Source of the DNA: a virus
Lineage: Duplodnaviria > Caudoviricetes
DNA length: 26,113 nucleotides
Virus record (IMG/VR): IMGVR_UViG_3300025277_000132
Coordinates: 1 to 26,113 of that record
Strand: one strand, 5' to 3'
Of the stretch, positions 1 to 7,758 are shown piece by piece. The notes under the pieces are model-generated. The model did no database searches, was not told the origin of the DNA, and was given only the letters and a program-made list of their open reading frames with translations. Position 1 is the first letter of the stretch, and the number at the start of each line of letters is the position of its first letter. The translations under genes and the position numbers were made by a program.

Positions 1-16
1 TCATTTCAATATCCTC
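1..16 (-). other. Probable start of a divergently transcribed gene running off the left edge (RBS GAGGA plus ATG at 4..2)
   Basis: Minus strand reads ...AACGAGGATATTGAAATGA: SD-like GAGGA, 7-nt spacer, ATG. Only one full codon lies in the window, so the product is unknown. Confidence 0.4.
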
Positions 17-51
17 GTTATTTTAAATAACAGTTGATCAATTCTTTTTTA

Positions 52-122
52 TAAATACGTCGATCTAATAGCGGTGTCAAGTAAAAAAAGTTGTTGACGA
101 AAAAGTTTTTTTAGAATACCCT
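52..122. promoter_or_regulatory. Back-to-back -35 hexamers of a possible divergent promoter pair
   Basis: Minus-strand TTGACA (75-80) with TATTTA 17 nt downstream; plus-strand TTGACG (94-99) with TACCCT 17 nt downstream. Both -10 elements are weak. Lies in non-coding DNA. Confidence 0.4.
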
Positions 123-124
123 AT

Positions 125-153
125 TTGAACCACAGACGGGGGTAGTATATAAT
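125..153 (+). promoter_or_regulatory. sigma70-type promoter for the replication arm
   Basis: TTGAAC(125-130)-N17-TATAAT(148-153) upstream of the + strand gene cluster. Confidence 0.6.
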
Positions 154-156
154 CCA

Positions 157-342
157 ATGAAACATAATGATGACTTTATAGGTGTGTATCACCCGTATCC
201 AAAAGAAAATCCTACCCCTTGGAATAAAGAAAAAGAGGACGATGGGCAGTTAGATCTATTTAAAGATTATAAACCCCCTTTGCCCCGTTGGAAAAAACTG
301 CTATATAAACTATTGCGGAAAAAACAAAGATGTAATGATTAA
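157..342 (+). CDS. Small hypothetical protein (61 aa) with QLDLF motif and basic C-terminal helix
   Basis: First ORF of the + arm. Contains DDGQLDLFKD and PRWKKLLYKLLRKKQR. The RBS is weak and the ATG lies very close to the TATAAT box. Confidence 0.55.
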   Translation: MKHNDDFIGVYHPYPKENPTPWNKEKEDDGQLDLFKDYKPPLPRWKKLLYKLLRKKQRCND

Positions 343-368
343 TTACAATCATGGGGTAGATATTCCTG

Positions 369-1139
369 ATGAATTTAACTGATTATTTTGTAAACCTTAA
401 TTTATATGTAGGAGAGACATCTAGAGATGATTGTCCCAAATGCAGGAAAGCCAAGACGTTTACGGCAACGAACATGGGTGCGTATATATTATACAATTGT
501 TATCATGCGGATTGCAATTTTTCTGGAAAAGTGCAAGACAACATTAACAAGTCTAGTTTTAAGAATGGTAAAGTTAAAGTAGTTAAAGAGGAGTTCGATG
601 CTAACAACCATTTCTATGTTGATATAACCAGAGATGAAAGAGCAGTAAAATATTTAAAATCAGCAAACTCTTTCGATGCTTACTGCGATGGTAGAGTTAA
701 AATAGTATATGATATAAAACAGGACAGGGCTACTTTCCTAATCTTTAAGGATAGAAAAGTTGTAGATGCCTGTGGTCGCAAATTAGGCAAGTATGGTTCC
801 AAATGGCACAGATATGGGTCAACAAAGCTGCCCCTTATTGTACCTAGCAAACAAAATTCTAGAACTGCTGTAGTCGTAGAGGACTGTGCATCTGCCTGTT
901 CAGTCTCATGTTTGCACAATGGAGTAGCTTTATTAGGAACGTACTTGACAGATGAAGCGTTGGGTTGTATAAGAAAATTTGATAGTGCTATAGTTTGTCT
1001 AGATAAAGATGCTTCTATCAAATCTATACAGATAGCACAACAAATAAAATCGTTCATGCCAGTAAGGGTAAAAATACTGGAGACTGACTTAAAAAACCTA
1101 TCTCCAGATAAGACCAAGGAGTTTTTTAACTTTGATTGA
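369..1139 (+). CDS. Phage DNA primase (N-terminal zinc-binding domain plus TOPRIM)
   Basis: CPKC...CYHADC zinc ligands; TOPRIM acidic motifs VVVED and LDKDA; overlaps the helicase start. Confidence 0.88.
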   Translation: MNLTDYFVNLNLYVGETSRDDCPKCRKAKTFTATNMGAYILYNCYHADCNFSGKVQDNINKSSFKNGKVKVVKEEFDANNHFYVDITRDERAVKYLKSANSFDAYCDGRVKIVYDIKQDRATFLIFKDRKVVDACGRKLGKYGSKWHRYGSTKLPLIVPSKQNSRTAVVVEDCASACSVSCLHNGVALLGTYLTDEALGCIRKFDSAIVCLDKDASIKSIQIAQQIKSFMPVRVKILETDLKNLSPDKTKEFFNFD

Positions 1140-2343
1140 ACAAAAAGTACTAGCCTTGTGTATGAAAGCACACTTTTGGGACAGGGCAAAAAATATTCTA
1201 GAACCTGATATGTTTCCGAGAGAGTGGATGCCAGTTGTATCTTCTCTATTTTACGCACAGAAACATTACGAGTCTGACATAACAGTAGATGAACTACTAT
1301 CTGTACACAGAGATTTAAACCCTGCTTTACCAGAATCTACAAAGGAAAGCACCGAAAGTTTAATTCATTCCCTAGCTGAAGTTGACCTGCCCAATCGGGA
1401 TATAGCATTTGATGTGATTAAAAACTTCTGGCGTAGAGATAAGGCTAAACATATCGGTAATAAAGCTTTGGCTATCTGGACAGGTGAGGGTGGTGATTTT
1501 GCAGAATTGCAACGTCTGATAGATTTAGCAGCCAGTGAAGATGTAAACTCCCACGAAACATTCTCCATCGTAAATGAAGACTTGGAAGAACTTGTAAAGT
1601 ATACTCAACGTCCATCTGAGTTTAAATTTACGTTAGAACAGATGTCGGCTAGAATAACTGGAATGAACAGGGGAGACTTAGGAATTATTTTTGCTAGGCC
1701 AGAGGTGGGTAAAACTACCTTTTGTTGTTTTCTAGTAGCAGAATATATCAGGCAAGGACACTCTGTTTTTTATTGGGCAAACGAGGAGAGAGCCTCTAAA
1801 ATAAAGTTGAGGATCATAACATCTTACTTGAAGAAGTCCGTACAAGATGTTGAAAGTGATATAGAAAATTCTCTTGAAAATTGGGCTAAAGTAAGGGATA
1901 ATCTTGTAGTTTTTGACTCAGTAGGTACGTCTATTGAGGAGTTAGATTCGTACTGCGGATTGAATAAACCTTCAGTTGTTATTATAGACCAGCTTGACAA
2001 GATGAAAATTATAGGGCAGTTTGGTAGAGGTGATGAAAGATTAAAGGCTCTTTACTGCTATGCCAGAGAGGTAGCGAAGAGAAACGATTGTTTAGTCTGG
2101 GCAGTTTCACAGGCTGGTTTTGAAGCTGATGGAAATCAGATTATAGACTACTCCATGCTAGATGGTTCTAAAACTGGTAAGGCTGGTGAAGCTGATATAA
2201 TTCTAGGCATAGGTAAAAATGCCGATGATGAAGATACTACAAGATTTATAAATGTTAGTAAAAATAAAATAAACGGATTTCATGGTTTTATAACTGTAGA
2301 TATAAACAAAGATGTAGGTAGGTATTATGATAGTAACGATTGA
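1132..2343 (+). CDS. DnaB-like (SF4) replicative DNA helicase
   Basis: Walker A ARPEVGKTT, Walker B VIIDQLD, VSQA motif and KNK near the C-terminus. TTG start overlaps the primase stop. Confidence 0.92.
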   Translation: MIEQKVLALCMKAHFWDRAKNILEPDMFPREWMPVVSSLFYAQKHYESDITVDELLSVHRDLNPALPESTKESTESLIHSLAEVDLPNRDIAFDVIKNFWRRDKAKHIGNKALAIWTGEGGDFAELQRLIDLAASEDVNSHETFSIVNEDLEELVKYTQRPSEFKFTLEQMSARITGMNRGDLGIIFARPEVGKTTFCCFLVAEYIRQGHSVFYWANEERASKIKLRIITSYLKKSVQDVESDIENSLENWAKVRDNLVVFDSVGTSIEELDSYCGLNKPSVVIIDQLDKMKIIGQFGRGDERLKALYCYAREVAKRNDCLVWAVSQAGFEADGNQIIDYSMLDGSKTGKAGEADIILGIGKNADDEDTTRFINVSKNKINGFHGFITVDINKDVGRYYDSND

Positions 2344-2932
2344 CATTGAAACTACCTTTGTTGTTAAAGATAATGGTACGACTGACCCCTCTCCACATTT
2401 ATCTGGGAATTACTTAGTAGGCGTAGGCTTCTTGTCTGTGCCTCACATAGATATGGAAGAATTTTTTACCCAACCCGAAGGAAAATCAGAACCACAATTC
2501 ATGCCCATATACCATGAAGATCTTGAAGAGAACCACATGGATAGGAGAGATAGATTTAAACAGATACAATGTGTATTACATAATGCTGATGTTTTAATAG
2601 GTCATAATATAAAGTTTGATCTATCTTATCTTTTAAACTGTGGGTTCGATTACAGAGGAAATGTATATGATACTATGGTTACTGAGTACGTTCTATCCAG
2701 AGGGATGAAAAGAGGATTGTCTTTGGAAGATAGTTGTAAGAGGCGTGATATAAAAATGCCAGAAAAATTTATAATGAAAAAATATACGGATGAAGGAAAG
2801 AATGTGAATCAGTTTCCCTTGGATGAGTTATCAGCTTATTGTAAGGGAGATGTCATAGCTAGTTATGAATTAGCAAAAAAACAGATAGAAATTTTAGGAG
2901 GTACATTCAGTGACTTTGTTACAAACAGCTAA
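2327..2932 (+). CDS. Stand-alone 3'-5' exonuclease (DEDDy) domain of the family A DNA polymerase
   Basis: ExoI TIDIET, ExoII GHNIKFD, YDTM and ExoIII YCKGDV. Directly precedes and overlaps the polymerase-domain ORF. Confidence 0.9.
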   Translation: MIVTIDIETTFVVKDNGTTDPSPHLSGNYLVGVGFLSVPHIDMEEFFTQPEGKSEPQFMPIYHEDLEENHMDRRDRFKQIQCVLHNADVLIGHNIKFDLSYLLNCGFDYRGNVYDTMVTEYVLSRGMKRGLSLEDSCKRRDIKMPEKFIMKKYTDEGKNVNQFPLDELSAYCKGDVIASYELAKKQIEILGGTFSDFVTNS

Positions 2933-4526
2933 ACTTTCTATGGATATGACCAGAGTTCTTACAGAAGTAGAACTGGCTGGTATTAAAGTGGATACTAAAG
3001 CTTTGGCAGAGCTAAAAAAGGATTATAATTCTAGAATTGAAGAACTGCTAGAATTTTTAACAACCTCTGTGAAAGAAGCGATGGGAGATACGCCAATCAA
3101 TTTGGATTCTCCAGAGGATAGGTCTTTACTTTTTTATTCTAGAAAAGTTAACAATAAAAAAGAATGGGCTTCCTTATTTAACATAGGTACAACAGTTAAT
3201 GAACGTGGTTCTAGGAGACAGAAGAGAAGAACTGAGTTCAACAGGAAAGATTTTAGAGTAGCTTATCAGGCTAATACAGCACAGGTATATAAAACTACAG
3301 CTAGCCAGTGTCCAATATGTAAGGGGTTTGGAAAGACTTCTAGAGCTAAAAAGGACGGGACGTATACTGAAGCGAGGTATATCTGTAAACGGTGCGAAGG
3401 TTTAGGAATTATTTATACTAATAATTTAGATGTAGCTGGTTTTTCTGTAAAACCTATAACGGCTCTCGATTGTACAGCACATGGTTTTAAAACAGATTCT
3501 ACAACTTTACAGAATAGTTTAACATCTGATATAAGTGAACCAGCAAAAGAGTTCATAAGAGCATACTGCGAATACTCATCTATAAAAACTTATCTTAGAA
3601 CTTTTGTGGAAGGTATAGAAAAGGCTCTTACTAAAAAGGAATTTATACACCCTAACTTTATGCAATGTGTAACAGCTACAGGCAGGTTATCTTCTCGAAG
3701 CCCTAACTTTCAAAATATGCCTAGAGCTAACACATTTCCCGTTAGAAAAACTATAGTATCAAGGTGGGAGAATGGATTTATACTGGAGGGCGATTATAAG
3801 CAGCTTGAGTTTCGTGTGGCTGGTTTTCTTGCTGAAGATAGCACCGTATACAAAGAAGTTGAAGAGGGGTTTGATGTTCATAGTTTTACGGCTGAAATGA
3901 TGGGCGTGAGTAGGCAGGAAGCTAAAGCTCACACCTTTAAGCCTTTGTATGGGGGAGTCTCTGGTACTGATAAGCAGAAAGAATACTATCGTGCTTTTAA
4001 AAATAAATACACAGGAATTACACACTGGCATGAATTGTTAGCTGAAGAAGCTATATCAAGAAAAAGAATCACCCTACCCTCTGGAAGAGAATATTTATTT
4101 CCAAACGTAAGGAGAACTAGGTGGGGAGGGGTGACTTCTGGGACTTCAGTTAAAAATTATCCTGTGCAGGGGTTTGCTACGGCTGACCTGTTGCCAATAG
4201 CATTGGTTCATACGAACAGGCTTTTAGCAAAAAGAAAGATGAAGTCTGTGATTTGTAATACGGTGCATGATAGCATAGTTTTAGATGTATGTCAAGAAGA
4301 AAAGGATTTAGCTGTTGACATCCTTAGTAAAGGTATGTTATCATTATTTGATGAATGTAAAAAACGCTATAATATTATCTACTCAATGCCAATTGGTATA
4401 GAATTAAAGATTGGAAAAAATTGGCTTGACTTAGAGCCTATTCTAGAGCTAGAATGGACAACTACAAATTCGGAGGACTATTCATATGAACGAACTGATA
4501 ACTCTCCAGAACCAAGATTTCTCTGA
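2910..4526 (+). CDS. polA: Family A DNA polymerase domain with inserted DnaJ-type zinc finger (HMO-2011-type)
   Basis: TGRLSS-PNFQN, motif A DYKQLEFR, motif B RQEAKAHTFKPLYG, NYPVQG, motif C VHDS, two CxxCxGxG repeats. GTG start with AGGAGG at 2896-2901. Confidence 0.95.
   Translation: MTLLQTAKLSMDMTRVLTEVELAGIKVDTKALAELKKDYNSRIEELLEFLTTSVKEAMGDTPINLDSPEDRSLLFYSRKVNNKKEWASLFNIGTTVNERGSRRQKRRTEFNRKDFRVAYQANTAQVYKTTASQCPICKGFGKTSRAKKDGTYTEARYICKRCEGLGIIYTNNLDVAGFSVKPITALDCTAHGFKTDSTTLQNSLTSDISEPAKEFIRAYCEYSSIKTYLRTFVEGIEKALTKKEFIHPNFMQCVTATGRLSSRSPNFQNMPRANTFPVRKTIVSRWENGFILEGDYKQLEFRVAGFLAEDSTVYKEVEEGFDVHSFTAEMMGVSRQEAKAHTFKPLYGGVSGTDKQKEYYRAFKNKYTGITHWHELLAEEAISRKRITLPSGREYLFPNVRRTRWGGVTSGTSVKNYPVQGFATADLLPIALVHTNRLLAKRKMKSVICNTVHDSIVLDVCQEEKDLAVDILSKGMLSLFDECKKRYNIIYSMPIGIELKIGKNWLDLEPILELEWTTTNSEDYSYERTDNSPEPRFL
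4267..4344. repeat. Imperfect inverted repeat (29/30-nt arms, 19-nt spacer); each arm is a sigma70-type promoter facing outward
   Basis: Minus arm TTGACATACATCTAAAACTATGCTATCAT (4295->4267); plus arm TTGACATCCTTAGTAAAGGTATGTTATCAT (4315-4344); 23 of 30 positions identical by manual alignment. Confidence 0.7.
4426..4455 (+). promoter_or_regulatory. Internal sigma70-type promoter upstream of the SSB-like gene
   Basis: TTGACT-N18-TAGAAT ending 30 nt before the ATG at 4486, which has a GGAGGA RBS. Confidence 0.5.
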
Positions 4527-5334
4527 TATTATTCAGGGGGGTTCTGAGAAAGACTTACAAAAACTATTAGGAAGTGAGGAGACTACTACATCTGAATCTG
4601 GTTTAGCACGAATATCTATTAATTATGCTACTGAAGATGACGATGATAACTCTCTTCCTAGGGGTTTCTACAAACTGTATGACCCTGCAAGTAGACTGAC
4701 TGTATATGCAAAGGATGCAAAGTTACGTCCTTTTGTTCGTACTTTCATGTATAACGTGTGGGATAATGAGGAAAGCCAGTTTAGTTGTCGTACAGTACAG
4801 TGCAAGAGTATGGGCGATGCTTTTTATGACACAAGCGGTGGTGAAAAGTGTGGTCGTTTAACAAAGCAGGAGATAGAAGGATTAGCTAATGATTCTCCTG
4901 TACTAATCCAGCAGAAAAGTATCAAGTGTACACAAGTTATATATGGACTTGCTACTATTGCAGGACAGACTGCTACCAAAGAGGATAAGACTTTAGAGAA
5001 TGTTCCTGCTGTTTGGTACGTTAAAGGAGCTAGTTTTATTCCTGTAGCAGATTGGTTCAAGGCTATCGACAAAGAGAAAAAGTTATATGCTACTGTTGTT
5101 GGTAAGCTTGAATCCGTGAAGCAAAAAAGAGGCGGTAATCAGTTCTGGATTTCCAAAGTTACAGGTGTTGACAAGAAAGATTTTACCAAGAAAGACAGAG
5201 GACTTTTAGAAACTTTCGTTGGTGAGATTGTAAAGCACAACGCTGATATTATGGTAAAACATAAAGAAGCTAAAAAGGCTTTGGATGGTGAAGGGGCTGA
5301 ACTGCTTGAGACTCTCGATGCTTCGGTTGCCTGA
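4486..5334 (+). CDS. Probable single-stranded DNA-binding protein
   Basis: 282 aa with a strong GGAGGA RBS, between polymerase and exonuclease, where podoviral replication modules often carry SSB; acidic stretches. Called mainly from synteny. Confidence 0.55.
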   Translation: MNELITLQNQDFSDIIQGGSEKDLQKLLGSEETTTSESGLARISINYATEDDDDNSLPRGFYKLYDPASRLTVYAKDAKLRPFVRTFMYNVWDNEESQFSCRTVQCKSMGDAFYDTSGGEKCGRLTKQEIEGLANDSPVLIQQKSIKCTQVIYGLATIAGQTATKEDKTLENVPAVWYVKGASFIPVADWFKAIDKEKKLYATVVGKLESVKQKRGGNQFWISKVTGVDKKDFTKKDRGLLETFVGEIVKHNADIMVKHKEAKKALDGEGAELLETLDASVA

Positions 5335-6224
5335 TGGATATAACCCTTGATTTAGTCAAGGATTATCTGCAAAGAATTAGTCGGGGAGAAGCGAAAATCT
5401 CTCCGACTATTTTGCGTGAGTTTAAAAATTCGTGTGCAGATGCCTTGGAAAAACAATTCACTAGGCAAGAGTGGCGTTTACGGATGTCTGGTGTTGGTAA
5501 ACCTTTGTGCCAGCAACAGCTTGGTAAAGAAGGTATAGAAGAAGAATTAGACTACTCTACAATTATGAGATTTATATTTGGTGATTTGGTAGAGGCTATA
5601 GCTATTGCTATTCTAAAAGGATCTGGTGTAGAAGTATCAGATCAACAAAAAAGAGTATCCACAGAAATTGCAGGTAAAACTATCTCTGGTTCTATGGACT
5701 TAAAGATAAAAGGACTCGACGGAACTAAAAGAATATGGGATGTAAAATCTGCTAGCCCCTATTCATTTGATAAAAAATTTGGACAGCTAGGGGGTTACGC
5801 TTCTTTAAAGAAGGATGATCCCTTTGGTTACATAGCACAGGGAATGATGTACGAACATGCTGATGGGGATAAGTTTGGTGGTTGGATAGCTATCAATAAA
5901 TCTAACGGTGAGTGGGCTGTCTGTGCAGTACCAGAAGACACAGAAGAAGAAAAAATAGAAGTCATAGATTCTGTTACTAGAAAAGTTTCTATGCTCGATG
6001 ATACAAATACTAAGTTTAGAAAATTTCCAGATCATTTAGAATATCATAAAACTTCAGACGGTGAGATTGCTACTGGCAACAGATTGATGAACCCTACTTG
6101 TTCTATGTGTGGGTATAAAAAGCATTGTTGGCCTGACTCTGTTCTGCATAAGAAAGTAGCTGGCAGTAACTACAGAAAAGGGTTTGTATGGTACACTAAA
6201 TTAATAAAGAGGGAACTAGACTAA
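5334..6224 (+). CDS. PD-(D/E)xK Cas4/RecB-like exonuclease with probable Fe-S cluster
   Basis: LRMSGVGKPLC, GSMDL...IWDVKSAS, YIAQGMMY and C-terminal CSMCGYKKHC (1+3 cysteine layout). TGATG coupling to the upstream gene. Confidence 0.85.
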   Translation: MDITLDLVKDYLQRISRGEAKISPTILREFKNSCADALEKQFTRQEWRLRMSGVGKPLCQQQLGKEGIEEELDYSTIMRFIFGDLVEAIAIAILKGSGVEVSDQQKRVSTEIAGKTISGSMDLKIKGLDGTKRIWDVKSASPYSFDKKFGQLGGYASLKKDDPFGYIAQGMMYEHADGDKFGGWIAINKSNGEWAVCAVPEDTEEEKIEVIDSVTRKVSMLDDTNTKFRKFPDHLEYHKTSDGEIATGNRLMNPTCSMCGYKKHCWPDSVLHKKVAGSNYRKGFVWYTKLIKRELD

Positions 6225-6634
6225 TGCCTGTCATAGCTCTGGTTGATATTTCAAGAAGAGATGTTCTTGTTAATCAGACCACTATGTTTGTAGTACCTGC
6301 TACTGATAAAGGAATTTTTAATTTTATCAAAGCATCTAATGTTGTAGGTCTACGGGTTAAGGCTGCTCCATCTCAAGAAAAAGAAGCCTACTGGACTGAC
6401 TATACTTATGACATTAATTTGCAGAAAATAAATGAGGATATTAAATTCATAGAACAACACCTGAGTATAAATGGGGTTGTTGTTCTGTATGAAATAGATA
6501 TTTTTAGTGAGATTACTAACTTAGAAAGGTACGCTCCTAAAACACTGGATTACCTGTTTAAATCTGTGCAGAATTTAAAAGATAGGTACTCTCCGAAAGG
6601 ATTTTATAATGATAAAAAAGAAGCACCGATTTAG
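6224..6634 (+). CDS. Hypothetical phage protein, possibly a degenerate macrodomain-like (DUF7831-type) protein
   Basis: TAATG-coupled ORF. NVVGLRVKAAPS...YWTD and LERYAPKTLDYL recall that family from memory only. Confidence 0.5.
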   Translation: MPVIALVDISRRDVLVNQTTMFVVPATDKGIFNFIKASNVVGLRVKAAPSQEKEAYWTDYTYDINLQKINEDIKFIEQHLSINGVVVLYEIDIFSEITNLERYAPKTLDYLFKSVQNLKDRYSPKGFYNDKKEAPI

Positions 6635-6986
6635 AAGTGGGTTTGAGCTAGACTTTGCTAGATATTTAAATAAAAATAATATCGAGTATGAGTATGAAAA
6701 GGATAAGATAGAATTTATTGTAGATCCAAAAACGTACTGTCCTGATTTTTATTTAAAAGACTACGGATTCTATATAGAAACAAAAGGAAGGTTAACCACA
6801 CCAGACAGAGTTAAACATCTGTATATAAAAAAACAACACCCTGATATAGATATTAGATTTGTATTTATAAATTCCAAGAAAAAACTTTACAAAGGAAGTC
6901 TTACAACGTATGCTAAGTGGTGTGATCGTCACTCTTTTTTGTACGCTGATAGGGTGATACCGAAGGATTGGTTAGATGGAGTATAG
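6609..6986 (+). CDS. T7 endonuclease I-like Holliday junction resolvase
   Basis: FRSGFE, YEYE, YCPDF, IETKG, DRVKHL, HPDIDIRFVF, TTYAKWCD and IPKDWL match the T7 gp3 family pattern. Confidence 0.95.
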   Translation: MIKKKHRFRSGFELDFARYLNKNNIEYEYEKDKIEFIVDPKTYCPDFYLKDYGFYIETKGRLTTPDRVKHLYIKKQHPDIDIRFVFINSKKKLYKGSLTTYAKWCDRHSFLYADRVIPKDWLDGV

Positions 6987-7341
6987 TGAAAAAGAGTTAA
7001 AAAAAAGAATGTCAGCAGAGTATGAACATTCTTTACCTAATAGAGTATATTTTATATTTGACCAGTTCGATGATGGCAATGTTAATGTTAGAATTTTGGA
7101 TACTACTAAAGACGATGAAGAGTCAGAGCAGCTTCATGTAATGTGTGCAGGGTTGCAACATATTTTATTTGAAGAAACTTCCTATGTTGTTGACACTGGT
7201 CATGCTATTCTTTTGGAAGAATTATATGAACAGGAAGTTGCAAAGGAGCAGGAAGAAGAAGAGAAAAAAAATAAGATGAGAAAAGCTCTTAAAAAGAAGG
7301 GTGATAATATTGTCCTCTTTGATAAGAAAAAATTGAATTGA
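6976..7341 (+). CDS. Hypothetical acidic protein (121 aa)
   Basis: Overlaps both neighbours in a tightly packed operon; no recognised domain. Confidence 0.7.
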   Translation: MEYSEKELKKRMSAEYEHSLPNRVYFIFDQFDDGNVNVRILDTTKDDEESEQLHVMCAGLQHILFEETSYVVDTGHAILLEELYEQEVAKEQEEEEKKNKMRKALKKKGDNIVLFDKKKLN

Positions 7342-7598
7342 TGGTAGATAAAGTTAATAACCCCCCTCACTATAATTTCAGTTCTATAGAAACTATAGAT
7401 ATTATTAAAAATAGTATGGATAGTTCTATGTTTCATGGCTATTTGGTAGGTAATATTTTGAAATATGTAGTTAGACATAAGTACAAGGGGGAAGAATTAA
7501 ACGATTTAAAAAAAGCTAGGTGGTATCTTACTCGACTGATAGATGAAAAATCACCCAATCCTGATATGTCAGGAAATGTTACAAAAATGAAAGGATAG
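7338..7598 (+). CDS. DUF3310 protein (T7 gp1.7-like, putative nucleotide kinase family)
   Basis: DKVNNPPHY, IETIDII, GNILKYVVR and DLKKARWYL are the family signature. Confidence 0.9.
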   Translation: MMVDKVNNPPHYNFSSIETIDIIKNSMDSSMFHGYLVGNILKYVVRHKYKGEELNDLKKARWYLTRLIDEKSPNPDMSGNVTKMKG

Positions 7599-7602
7599 AA
7601 TA

Positions 7603-7758
7603 GTGGAAAAACAGTATTTAATTACAGTAAAACAGGTCAATACACTTTTAGCTTATTTACAGAATAAACCCTTCAAAGAGTCAGCTACTCTTATAAGTAT
7701 TCTGAGTGAAGTAGCTAAGACTGAACATGAACCTGTAACTACAAAGGCTAAAAAATGA
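7603..7758 (+). CDS. Small hypothetical protein (51 aa) absent from the ORF track
   Basis: GTG start with AAGGA RBS 7 nt upstream; translates MEKQYLITVKQVNTLLAYLQNKPFKESATLISILSEVAKTEHEPVTTKAKK. Fills the gap and ends in an ATGA overlap with nrdJ. Confidence 0.8.
   Translation: MEKQYLITVKQVNTLLAYLQNKPFKESATLISILSEVAKTEHEPVTTKAKK

Noticed and set aside
2875-2881. A7 run as a programmed frameshift fusing exonuclease and polymerase
   Set aside because: The polymerase frame has TAG at 2895-2897, downstream of the run, so a shift there would terminate.
3912-3953. Unusual residue at the polymerase position equivalent to E. coli Pol I 762
   Set aside because: Motif B reads KAHTF, i.e. Phe as in E. 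coli Pol I; nothing unusual.
5334-6224. Cas4-like nuclease as evidence of a CRISPR system
   Set aside because: No repeat-spacer array or other cas genes seen; solo Cas4-like nucleases are common in phage replication modules.
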